A stretch of DNA of 64,000 bases from Lama guanicoe (lineage: Eukaryota), in NCBI GenBank assembly GCA_013239625.1, contig MU054026.1, forward strand, positions 682,001 through 746,000. Direction: 5' to 3'. The notes beneath the pieces are model-generated. The model ran no database searches and was not told the DNA's origin. It saw only the letters and a list, made by a program, of their open reading frames with translations. The first letter of the stretch is position 1; the number at the start of each line of letters is the position of its first letter. Shown one piece after another: positions 13,255 to 24,674 of this stretch. Position numbers and translations under genes: made by a program.

Positions 13255-13747
13255 TGTGGCAGCTCTTGGCCAATCTCCTTGTAGTGTGTATTTCCTGAAG
13301 CTAAATACCTCATTTTCTGGACTTCCTGGAGCTCAGATGGTTGTGATCTGACTTAGCTAAGCAGATACATCTGGCACACAATGATGTGCAACTTCTGTGT
13401 AAAGTTCTTTGGTGCAGTTACTCTTTGGTGGAGACATTGTAACGACTTCACCGAATAGGATGCCCAGCCTCCTCCTGCCCCACGGGGCTGCTCCAGGTGG
13501 CATCCCAGAATGCTCTTGGGGATCAATTACCACTCAAAGTACTTTGGTGGGATCAAAGTACCAAGTTCTTTGGTACATTTGGTTGTTTGTTTTCCAACAA
13601 TTGTAGCGGACGTTCTGGTGTTCTAGGTATTAAGCAGTAGGTGGGATTTCCGCTGGAACACCTCCATGGTGTGGATGGGCATCTTTTTTTTTTTAAATTA
13701 AGGTAAAACTAGATTCTATTGCCTGCCACTAAGAACACTGACCCACA
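13255..13747 (+). mobile_element. ERVL LTR (LTR33/LTR16-like), probable 5' LTR of the adjacent ERVL remnant
   Basis: Begins tgtggc; ends 'ctagattctattgcctgccactaagaacactgacccaca', like LTR33/LTR16 ends; followed by a degenerate PBS-region-like 'taattgggatcagaagtg'. Confidence 0.6.
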
Positions 13748-15715
13748 GAATAATTGGGATCAGAAGTGATTGCCCATAGCATATTTACAAAACCAAACCA
13801 AAACCAAACCAAAAAACCCAACAAACAAACAAGAAGGAATCTGGGTTGGGCTCTCTGATTCGGATGGGGAAGGATCGGGTAATTGTTAGAGGGCAGGGCA
13901 GTGTTGTTATTTCATGCCACCCAGTGCAAACTTAAATTATACTTAAATGATCACTGCGGCCACCAAAAAGTGAACGAATGATTTGAACAGGCTGAAAGAA
14001 CGCTGTAATAGTACATTATACAGAGTGTAATTACAGTGGAAAACACTGTCTACTTCTCACTACATTGAAGAAGTTAGAGAAAAAGAGCAGATTCAAGACT
14101 TTAAAAATTCTAGACTGGCTCCAGAACAGGGGCATTTCAGTGCCCTACCTAAAACTGTCTCCATAGTTCCAGGTCTGATGTGCCCCAAAACAGCGAGAGG
14201 ATCTTACAGGTGGGTTGCTGAACTAAATCATAGATTGAATTCACAACCTCACTAGATCGTCATACAAAAGTTAAGGCATTGATTGGTGAAGAGTTGGATT
14301 GGAATTCGAACATTTGGGAGACTTTGAATGACTCCAACTCCTCTGAATGTCTTAGGGCATCAGAAACATTCCCTCTCTCCTGTGAGATGAGGCCAATTGT
14401 GATGCCTGAAGACACTGTAACGACTTCCCCAAGCAGGATGCCCAGCCTCCTCCCGCCCCACTGGGCTGCTCCAGGTGGCATAGTGGAATGCTGTTGGGGA
14501 TCAGTTGCCCATCTAATCTAGATGCTGACTTACATATTTCAATATTTCACATCTACAAAATGTCCTGGGACATACATATGGGAATTGGTCCCAAGGGTGT
14601 GCTAGACCAGGGAGGGAGTAACATATTTTACATCAGGCTGAATTTGTCAATTTTGGTGTACTTACAAGAGATTATGGGTTTAATGTGCTAAGACAAACTA
14701 GCTCAAGTAACTGAAAGTGACTTTAATCATCTTCTTGGATTGTTGATTGAAACTGGATTCAGTAGTAGCTTATGCCAAAGGAAGTAAAGATGTCAGAAAT
14801 GCCTTGATTTAATGTACAGCAAGGAATTCAAAGTCTTAGGAAAACTTTGGACTTTGGAGTGGATTTATCATGCATGACTGGCTTACTCTTTCAAAACAGG
14901 TTCTGCAAGAGAGCCTAAATGGTGCTCACTTCATCTCCCATTAAAAGATACACTGATGAGGGAAATACTAAACATTTCTAAAAGTACTTCGCTAGCTGTC
15001 CTCTCTAGGCTGGGATAAAGGTGTGAAATTGCAACCACTGAAATGGCTTCCAGATTTCAATGAGAGCTCTGGCTATGCAGAACAGCAGAAGCAAAGTATT
15101 AGCTGTTAATTCAGAGAAACAAGATAAGCATGTTAGCATGGAAGGCAGCAGGGTGCAACTGGTAATCAGAATAATTTGATCTATGTGGAATTCAGGCAAT
15201 GGTTAATTGATTGTGTGTTTCCCAGAGCTGAAGTGGATGGACATTTTGTTAAAATTCTACTTGATTTGTACACACACAAAAAATAACTCAGGGCTTAATG
15301 AATAGAAGCCTGACTTGAATCAACACTGTAGACAGTCTCAGCCTTTCAACCATAAGCTTATAAACTTGACCTAACACCATTTGAATGATGCAGAATTTGG
15401 GCGTGCTTAAAGATGTATGTAATTTCCCAAGTATTTACTATAGATCTCCCGGTTAGCCATCCTCAAAAAGAACTGTAGGAAATTCAAAGCTAATTTTGCC
15501 TCGATTGGGAAATACCTACTCTTTGACATTATTGGGCACTGGCTCTATGAAAACACTCCTCTCTGGGAACTCTGAACGGTACTATGATCCAGAGGTCAGA
15601 GCTGAGATCTAGGAACATCAGGTGGAAAAGAGAATTTAGGCCTGACATTATCCCAGACTGGATGCAGGGGGCCCACAAACCCAATATTGTCACAGTAACC
15701 TTCCTGCCCTGCATC
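13748..15715 (+). mobile_element. Degraded ERVL internal region (gag and protease remnants, many stops and frameshifts)
   Basis: Colinear with the ERVL/HERV-L internal consensus: 'aaagttaaggcattgattggtgaagag' (KVRALIG-like), 'atcaggctgaatttgtc', 'ggaattcaaagtcttagg...gagtggatttatcat', 'aatcagaataatttgat'; protease-site remnant 'ttattgggcactggctct' (LLGTGS for LLDTGS) near 15529. Confidence 0.8.
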
Positions 15716-16019
15716 CCACGTGGTCGCTGCTCCATCAGCTTCCGACGCATCAGTGGTTTGTCTTCAGATCAGGCCGCTTTTCTTCTCAGAAGTCGCCAGT
15801 CTAATTTCATCATCATTTTTTCCCTTTTCTCCTGCCACCTTTTGGTGCATTGATTTTCACCTTTATTTAATTTATATGATAAGATTCCAGAAATCAGGGG
15901 ATTAGGGAATGCAAACAAGATGCAAGGATGTTAGGAAATGGGAGGGAGACACAAGGACATGTTAAGCAGACAAACCTAACTGATTGCACGATAGACGATA
16001 ACAGTTTATCCTGAGATGA

Positions 16020-16160
16020 TAGTCTTCAAATACCTGAAGACAGCTCTCATTTTTGTCTTTGAGTCTTCTTTCCCCAGGCGAAATGCTTCCAAAGAGTCTT
16101 CGTAAGGCCAAGTTTTGCTTTATTTGTATTAATCAATTAGCCCTCTTGTGGGTGGGCACC
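16020..16160 (-). mobile_element. CR1/L3 LINE fragment
   Basis: 'tcttcaaatacctgaagacagctctcat...gtcttctttccccaggcgaaa' resembles the reverse-complement L3/CR1 ORF2 end. Confidence 0.55.
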
Positions 16161-17759
16161 CATTTTTTTTTAATGTGAACAAGTTTACCAATTACTCTAC
16201 CATCAGCATGGGGGAAAAAAATAAAACAAGATTATTCTTTCCCTTGTTCTGATGTTACCTTTTGATTCTCCGTGTTCTGTTCAGCTGAAACCTCTAATGC
16301 CTTTTTACCTTATATATTCCTTCAGCATTCTTGAGTGGTATTGAATTCCAGCTGCCTGAGTGATATTGTTATCATCCCCAGTTTGGCTTTAGCCTGTGGG
16401 GTATACTCCATCACGATGGTACACTCTCCCTGCTCTGACCTCTCCTCCAGGTCCAGAATTATGTCAGGACCATGGGCTCCCAAGCCTCAGTGTGGCGCAG
16501 TCCTCTATCCATTCCTGCGTGATTCTGAGTCGCCTCCTTTCTATCTGCACTGTATCGTCACGCTCGCTCTCCATCTATAATTTGCTATGAACATTTCCTT
16601 ATTTTAGTTTTCATGGGAAGACGTTTAGTCCCTCCTGATCCTGTCGGAACACTAACAGAGACGATTCCCTGCTTTCTTTACCCCATGACTTTCAGAGAGT
16701 GATTTTGACATCTTGACAGCTACTGTGTTGGTAGTGCATTTCTTTTATTTCCTCCTTTGACTTAGGTGGGACTCTGCAGAGCACTTGAGACCCCTGAATC
16801 AATGGTCCAGATCTTAATTTTTCACTAACTTTGACAGCCGTCTTGTACTTTTCCCTTCCTCATCTGGCCCGGAGCTAACCTGCCTCCTTTTCGGCCAAGA
16901 CATGGGGAAGCTCGGTATCCTGAAGGTTGACAAGGTGAAAGATACACGTGTCTGAACAGAGTCTGGCCTGATGGGGATGTTGTCAGACGCAGTCAGGGGC
17001 ACATTTGCTTAGAGAAGTCTGGTCCCAAATGCTCCTCCCGCAGCTGCCTTGGAGTCCCGTGGCTGTGCCCTGGCTGCCCCCGGCTGGCAGCAGGGCTAGT
17101 GGAGCATGGCGGTCATGGAGCAGAGGGTGTTACACATATAGATTTGGATGCACTCTGAGGAAAGGTATATTACATTCAAGACAATTCTTTAGCTCTACTT
17201 GAGAGGGGTGGAGCCCAAGGGGGGGAAAAAACTTGATTCAAACATCTTAAGTGCAGATTGCTAACTTCAAAAACTGTGAATTGTTGGTAACTGCTGGTTT
17301 TTTGTTTGCTTGTTTGTTTGTTTAAAGCCAACATTTTCCCTGTGTAAAACCTTTCTCTCCCCTCCTCTCAAAAACTGACATCATGGTTGCCAGTTGAATG
17401 CATTGTAGAAGGGGAAAGTGAGAAAGAAAACCTATTTTCATATACTTAAGATAGTGTGTATCCTTTACTGTATCACTGATATGGTGTTTGGTCCAGGAAG
17501 GCAAGTCCATAACCAGCTAACACGATAGCAGACAGCACGTCAGGTCTGAGCCTCTTCAGACCCTCTTTTGTCAAATTCTATTACCAGTTTAAATTGTACC
17601 TCTTCTTTGAAACTCCCCGTGCATTAGTTTAATGAGCAGGAATCACTCTCCCTCTGAGCTGGCCAGAGCACGCACCTTGTCCAGGGCAGTTCTGGAAAAG
17701 GTAGCTTTTTGTGCCATCATGTGCTTCTTTTCTAAGTCCTGAATCTGCCCCAATGGCTC

Positions 17760-17910
17760 CCATGTCTTTGGGAAAGTCAGTTAGCCTGTCCGCATCTCTG
17801 TGTTCTAGTCTCTCTAAAGGGAATGATAACGTTTTGATCTGATGGGTTGGGATTTGTCGTGAGTCATTGATATTATATCAGAGCAATTGCTTCATAAATT
17901 GTGGAAAATT
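17760..17910 (+). mobile_element. MIR fragment
   Basis: 'tttgggaaagtcagttagcctgtc...ctctgtgttctagtctctctaaagggaatgataa'. Confidence 0.55.
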
Positions 17911-18599
17911 TAAGAAAGTCATTCGTGATTATTATAGTTTGAGATCATTTCTAAAGCACAGGCATCTTTTCTTCCCACCCACACAGAGGAGTATTTTGAG
18001 AATGAGGATTAAACATTATGAGTCTCTTACTTCCCCATCACCATAAAGCTGTGAACATAGCAGACAGGTAATATGTGTTGGAGGTCAGACAGGGGGCATT
18101 ATTCCTTTGGAAAATTACCAAAATGTTCTATTATAGTTGTCTTATTTCCAAAAAAGGAGTGAGCAGAGTAACTAATGATTTATTTTGCAACATTGTAACT
18201 TAAAAACCTTCCTGTTGTGAAATCTGTGAATCACAGCTCTCCTTAATGCTTATAATGTCAACTCCAAGAAGGGAGAGTATAAAATAATTGGACCAGTTAG
18301 ACAAACTTGCCAGCATTGTCCAGATTTCCCAAATGTTCCAAAATATTTTAGAAACCAGTTCCTAACATATCCAAGTCCTAGTAAAGCTTAAACAAAACAA
18401 AACAAAACAAACAAAACTTTAGCAATCATTACTCTGCTTAAAAGTCTTTAATGTCCACCCATCCCCAAATTTAAAAGTTTTCCAGTTAAGGCAGCTCCCA
18501 AGTTAGCCTCAAGTCACCTTCTCTCTCCTACTATTCACTAAGCAGACTTAGCAGAATATATTTCTAGAACTTTAGAAAGTATAGAAGAAAATCTTAGCT

Positions 18600-18780
18600 T
18601 CGCCTCTTACTTTTCCTTGGCCTTAGATCAAGTGTCTCAGATCTGAGTTTCAATTCTCACATCTACAATTGGAGATACTGATATTCTCCTGTTTAAACAT
18701 TATAAATATTAAATAAGATAATATATAATATGTGTGGAGTGTGACAGTTTTGAGAAACACAGTTGGCTCTTAACAAGTGC
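18600..18780 (+). mobile_element. MIR fragment
   Basis: 'ctgagtttcaattctcacatctacaattggagatactgata...attaaataagataatata'. Confidence 0.55.
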
Positions 18781-19589
18781 CAGGTCCCCTTCTTCTGCAT
18801 TCTGTATACAAATCCCTTAATTCTGCCATAGTCACTGGTCCTAGTGTTTGGAATGTCCACCTAATTTTTCTCTGCCTACCAGATTTTAATCAGTTTTCAA
18901 AGACTAGTTTAATTTAGACTTGCAATGTCCCCTCTGGCCAGAGAAATCTCTCTCTCTATTTTATCTCTGGCCAGAAAGGTCTCTTTTGCACTTGTAAGAT
19001 TAATCATTTATTTGCCCTTTACTATCCATATTGTAAAATTTGCCCTTTACTATCCATTAAGTAAAAATAAATTTCCTTCCCCCTCCCCTAAGATTGTAAG
19101 TTATCCAAAAGAAATGTACTCCAAATATGTATATATTGCCTGTAATTTTTAGTAAGATGTCACGCCTGTAGGAAGACAGAGCAGTGTAGGGGAGAGACAG
19201 AAATCTCCGGCCTGGGACAGACCTGGTTTCTAGCTACAAAGTCCTTGAAAGGTGTTACGTTGAGAGAGATGGACAGGCAGATTGACAGGTGGATTAAGTG
19301 TTCTGCTTCCCCATCAAGTGCATATCTACTTACTAAGTGTAGACATGCCGTTTTCTTTATGTGTCTAGGTAAGTCTGGATCCAGAAGGTTATGGGTAAAG
19401 GAGAAAGTTTTTGTAAAAGTCAAAACTGAACCAAGAACAGGCATCACCAATAGTCCCTCAGAATAAGTGAGGAGGTGTGTGGCGTGATGGATCAGCCAAG
19501 AATCCCAAGAAAAGAACTGACTGTAAAAATTATCTCTTGAATCTCCTGGGTTAGGTCTGATCCCTTTCTGCCCTTATCCCTTGTACCCA

Positions 19590-19870
19590 ATCCCACACCC
19601 AAATATGTTCTATATCCGTCTGCTTTTCTCTGTTTCCAAAGCCATCACTCGAAATAAAGCCACTGCTCTCAGTCACCAGAATTACTGCATTATCTGTTGT
19701 CTGATCTCGCCATTTCTATTCATCTTCCCCTTAAAATCCATTTTCAACAGAGGGGTCAGAGTGACTTTTTAAAAATATAAATCAAATCATGTCACTGCCC
19801 TACTGAAAAGCTTAATAGATTCCCTTTGAAATGTAATATTTTAATCCTCCTATTCAAATCAGCTTTTTAC
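19590..19870 (+). mobile_element. L2 LINE fragment
   Basis: 'ggtcagagtgactttttaaaaatataaatcaaatcatgtcactgccctactgaaaagc' is a typical L2 3' region. Confidence 0.7.
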
Positions 19871-21806
19871 CAAAAGATGGTACCGCATGTGGAGGCTGGG
19901 CACGTACTTTCCTGGTAGAGCAAGTCAGTGCTGGTGATTTAAGACACGTCCAGGGGGCCAGTGGGAGGTTAGTCAAAACTGTATTTTGTATTAAAAAAAG
20001 AAAAGAAGTGACATTCTTGACATTCAATAAGGAGGACATTTTTATTTCAACCTAGGCCATATGCAAATAGTGCGCAAACTAGAGCCTCAAGCAGCGAAGA
20101 GGATTCCTCAAACAGCCCTTCACCCTGCCATCCTGTGTCAAGTCCTTCCCACTCCATCTCAGTGCAGTCCTCAACGGTGACTGGAAAGAAAGCAGCTGAG
20201 TTTTTATTTATGTCTCTGAAAGGCAAGAATGAAAAAAATAATGCAGTATAGTAACTATGTGCTGTTTTATCTGGTTTATACAAAGCTTCCTGCTAATTTC
20301 CCAGACGATAAGAAACCCTGTGAAAACTGAGACCTTTTGGTTTTCTGAGCTTATAAAATGCTTTCATTGAGGCCTGAGTGACTCCTGATAACATGTTTCT
20401 GGTGTCGGTTGGGACTGTGTGACCACTTGAATACCCTTCCCACTTTCCAAACACCAAAAATCTTCCTTCAAGAGAAGTCCGAAGTCCTTGGGAGTTCAGT
20501 GACCACAGGCTGTAAATAAACATGTTGACTTACAGAAGGAGAGAAAAAAAAATGGAAACGCTGGGTTTGAATATAAAAAGAGAGGATTTCTTAATCAAAT
20601 ATCATCATAAGACCAGAATCACCAACGGTATATTACTGAATGACCCCAACATTTCCTAACTGTGTATATCTTTTTAATGCAGTATAATTAAGAAACAAAG
20701 CATTAAAATAATGCAGAGTTGTCATTGTCACTGTTGGAAATAATCTTCCTTTTTTTTTTAATTTACGGAATATTTTTGTACAATTTGTTTTGGAAATTTG
20801 ACTAAATCATTTTGAAGCAAAGCATATCAGTAAGTATTTTAAGTGCCTGTTGTGTTTGCTATTCTTGGATAGACTACAGAATAAGTGAAATAGGAAAAAA
20901 AATATATTTTCTTTGCTTTCCAGGAGTTTTGCTGTCTTGGGGAGGAAATAAGTCTATGAGACAAGGCAGGGTGGCATCAGATGCTCGAGTGTTCAGAATA
21001 GATTTCAAATACTCCAGCACTTTACACTTATGAGTCATGTTTGTCTCAAAAGCAGGTGATTACTACTCAAACTCTTAGAAAAATGCTGAAGTGGGAAAGA
21101 TGTTACTGTTGTGTTGCATCAAAATGTAGTGGTCCTTCTGTCTTCAAGGAGTGGTACAATGTGACCACAGCTGTGGCCTCCGGCTCCTCAGAGGCTCACA
21201 CAGTTCCTTTGCACCATCTGCATCCAAAAGACTCCTTCCTAAAATATGTCGATTTGGAAGATGTATGTAATCATCTGATTAAAAAAAAATTACAGATTTT
21301 TTTTATTTCAGTGGCTTTTTAAAAAAGAATATCAACTGAAAATTATTTTTAGCCTTTCTCTAGGAATTTGATCTGCTATATTTAACTCTGATGGGAACCC
21401 AAGATATGGTGTGAATGAAAACTGGGCCTAGTAGATTATCTTTCTTGTCTTTATGTTCTTGGTTCAAAAAAGGAAGGGATTTATACCAGATAACATCTAA
21501 ATTCCCTTCTTAATCAAAATTTCTCTTTAAAAAATCTCATATACTTGGGATATTCTTCAAGCATCTCAATGTTTTTTCATGTTTTTCTTTGTCCATTGAT
21601 GTATTTTATGGTTATGAATTTTACTCATCCTTCTCTGTCTTTTAGACATAAAATTCTGAAAGGTCTAGATATAAAATTCTGAAAGATCCAGAAGATACCA
21701 AGTGTGATAATAAACTAATCATTCAGAATTCAAAATTATGTTAAGTCATAAATCCAAATTCAAAACTCAAAAGGACTTTGTGTGTTTTTTAAATGAGTAG
21801 ATGGAA

Positions 21807-21847
21807 TCCATCTATCTATCTATCTATCTATCTATCCATCCATCCAT
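21807..21847. repeat. (TCTA)n/(TCCA)n microsatellite
   Basis: tccatctatctatctatctatctatctatccatccatccat. Confidence 0.95.
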
Positions 21848-22124
21848 ATACCTGAGATACATACATATGTCTTATGACTCCTAATTGCCTATATAAGGAA
21901 ATTAACATTAAAAAAAATCTGAAGCAATTTGTTATTAATTATTTGGCTCCCTATCCCCAGTTTTCTGGTCACCGGTCTGCTTAACCTTCTCCCGTATTTT
22001 TTAGTGCATACACTTATTCCCTTAAATGTTTTTTCCACTTAGTGGCATCATGATCCACCAGCCTTTCAAGCTAGAAACCTACTTGTGTACTTTGGTCACT
22101 TACTTTCTTGTCCAAATCCCACTG

Positions 22125-22886
22125 TTTTTTTTAATTGACATATAGTTGATTTATACTATTGTGTTAGTTTTAGGTGTACAGCAAAGTGATTTGGATATAC
22201 ATACATATTATGTGCATACATATTATCTTTCAGATTTTTTCCATTTTAAGTTTTTACAAGATATTGGCTGTAGTTTCCTGTGCTCTACAGTAAACCCTGC
22301 TGTTTATCTATTTTATATACAGTAGTTGTGTCTGTTAATCCCTTACTCCTAATTTATTCCTCCCCTCCTCCCCTTTTGGTAACCATAAATTTGTTTTCTA
22401 TGGCTGTGAGTCTGTTCCTGTTTTGTAAAGAAGTTTATTTGTATTTTTTTTATTTCACATATAAGTGGTATCGTATCATATTTGTCTTTCTCTGTCTGAC
22501 TTACTGCACTTAGTATGATAATCTCTAGGTCCATCCATGTTACTGCAAATGGCAATATTTCATTCCATTCTATGGCTGAGTAATATTCCATTGTGTGTAT
22601 ATATACATATATACACATATATGTGTATACACATCTACACAATATATATATTACACCATATCTTTTTTTTCCAGTCATCTGTTGATGGACATTTAGGTTT
22701 CATCCATGTCTTTGCTATCATGAATAGTGCTGTTATGAACATTGGAGAGCATCTTTTTGAATGAGAGTTTTCATCTTTTCAGGATATATACCCAGGAATG
22801 GGATTTCTAGATTATATGGTAGCTCTATTTTTAGGTTTTTTAAGAAACCTCCATACTATCTTCCATAGTGGCTGCACCAATTTACT
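22125..22886 (-). mobile_element. 5'-truncated L1 (ORF2 C-terminus + 3'UTR)
   Basis: PolyT start then an L1 3'UTR; minus ORF 22349-22678 contains L1 ORF2-end peptide 'MEYYSAI...EILPFAVTWMDLEIIILS'; possible degenerate TSD aaatcccactg / aattccgactg. Confidence 0.9.
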
Positions 22887-22994
22887 AATTCCGACTGATT
22901 TTAGTTTGAATCTTCATCATCAGTGAAACCTTCTATATTTATAGATAAATCCCACTGCTAAGTAGCTCAAGACCTTGCTAAATTGCTGAACTTT

Positions 22995-23155
22995 CCAGTG
23001 CCATGATTTCCTCACCTCTGAAATGGGAAAGATTGTAGGGCCTTTCCCATTGGATTATGATGAGGAAAATTTCTTATAATGCAGTAATATGGTTAGCAAT
23101 GTTCCTGGCACATATTAAGGTAAAAATGCTAGCTATTATTATATTATTGTTATTT
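22995..23155 (+). mobile_element. MIR fragment
   Basis: 'tttcctcacctctgaaatgggaaag...cctggcacatattaagg...gctagctattatt'. Confidence 0.65.
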
Positions 23156-23189
23156 GCTGGATGATTTAAAATGCTTTGTTATCTCCTTG

Positions 23190-23820
23190 TGACCAGTGTT
23201 TGAACTGCAACTTTTCTTCCTGAAGGAAATCTGAATGATCTTTGTAAAATCAGGTTCTAGTCAGCTTCTATGATTTAAGACCTTCAGTGCTTCCCTTTGT
23301 GTACAAAATCAAGTCTAGACTCCTTACCTAAGTGTGCAGACTAATGAAAATGGTGGAAGTTAATGCTCCAGCCTTATCTTCAGGTAGTAGTCGACTGTGC
23401 ACCAAAATGACGCTAACTTGGAGGACACACCGCAGGTAAGACTCATGGCCTTGCAGGGCCCCGTGCCCTGTGCTGTGACTGCACTGGGTCTTAATGTACT
23501 TTCTTGCCTCTCTGCTTTTTGCCCACGGTCTTACGCCTGATTGGAACATCCATTTGCCTCCTTTGAATGCCTAATGAATGTGGACTCATCCTTCTAATGA
23601 GTTCCACCTCTTCTGTCCTTTTTTCTTTCACCTATTCAGGTGGCCTCTTCATTTTGGAGCCTTTTCTATGATGCAGCTATATGCTGTCGTTTGCTTATTA
23701 CTGTTCCCACAGCACGTTATGTATGTTTCTAATAAGACCCTGGGCACAATGAGATGATCTTGGCTGTTTATTCATGTACAGTCTCCCTCATCCCCTCGGC
23801 TTTATAAACTCCCTGAAAAC
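23190..23820 (+). mobile_element. L2 fragments
   Basis: 'tgatctttgtaaaatcagg...ccttcagtgcttccc...aatcaagtctagactccttacc' and 'gtctcccc...taaactccctgaaaacag'. Confidence 0.5.
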
Positions 23821-24061
23821 AGCAGGCCTGGCTGAGAGTGGGGTAGGGCATTGAGAGGGGGTGGATCTAGGCTAAATTCCAGGTATTTTTCTTATGCTGT
23901 CTCATTTAATCCTTACAATGAGGCTGTGAACTTGAAGAAACTTTAGGAGGTAAAGTGACTTGTCATTATTATGGAGTATAAAAATACAATGTAACTCTCA
24001 ATTTGGAGGTAATTTCTCTTTTAAAATCACTGAATGTACTAAACAGGCATATATAAATGTC

Positions 24062-24479
24062 TTTTTTTTTTTAATCCTGAGAATTTTATTTTTTTCTCTA
24101 TTTTTTTCCAGGTTTATTGAGATATAATTGACATGCCATCTAGAGGTTCAATAAAATCCCAATAAAAATATCAGTGGTGTTTTTTTACAGAAACAGAAAA
24201 AAAATGCTAAAATTTGTATAAAACCACAAGAGACCTTGAATAGCCAGAGCAATACTGAGAAAGAAGAACAAAGCTAAAGGCATCACACACCCTGATTTCA
24301 GACTATATTACAAAGCTATTAAAAAAAGCATCAAAACAGTATGATAGTGGCATAAAAATAGACATATAGATCAATGGAACAGAGTCAAGAGCCCAGAAAA
24401 AACCCTCACATGTTTGGTCAGTTAATATTTGATAACGGAGCCAAAAATATTCAAAGGGGAAAGGATAGTCTCTTCAATA
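24062..24479 (-). mobile_element. 5'-inverted L1: short minus-strand 3' tail (24062-24134) joined to a plus-strand ORF2 segment (24135-24479)
   Basis: 'ttttccaggtttattgagatataattgacat' is an L1 tail (reverse complement); 'gaatagccagagcaatactgagaaagaagaacaaagct...gactatattacaaagcta...gatcaatggaacaga' is L1 ORF2 (sense); flanked by aaatgtctttt copies. Confidence 0.75.
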
Positions 24480-24510
24480 CAGAATAAAACAGAATAAAAA
24501 TGTCTTTTGG

Positions 24511-24674
24511 GTATAACACAGAGAACTATATTCAATTTCTTGGAATAATATATAATGGAAAAAAATATGAAATATATATATGTATATCTATAACTGAGTC
24601 ACTTTGATGTACACCTGAAACTAACATTGTAAATCAACTATACTTTAATAAAAAACAAAATTAAAAGTACAAAG
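24511..24674 (+). mobile_element. L1 3' end fragment with 13-bp TSD
   Basis: 'aactatattcaat...gtcactttgatgtacacctgaaactaacattgtaaatcaactatactttaataaaaaa'; TSD aaatgtcttttgg (24498-24510) / aaatgtcctttgg (24675-24687). Confidence 0.85.

Noticed and set aside
13402..13577. Short spaced repeats resembling a CRISPR-like array
   Set aside because: Only 2-4 irregular, unequal copies in mammalian DNA; no regular spacers and no cas genes.
13409..14521. Two ORFs sharing 'VTTSP.RMPSLL.PH.AAPGGI' as a possible paralogous gene pair
   Set aside because: Explained by the 100-bp DNA duplication within a decayed ERVL; flanks are unrelated and the frames are short.
22349..22678. ORF with L1 ORF2-like peptide
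   Set aside because: Part of a truncated L1 fossil, not a gene.
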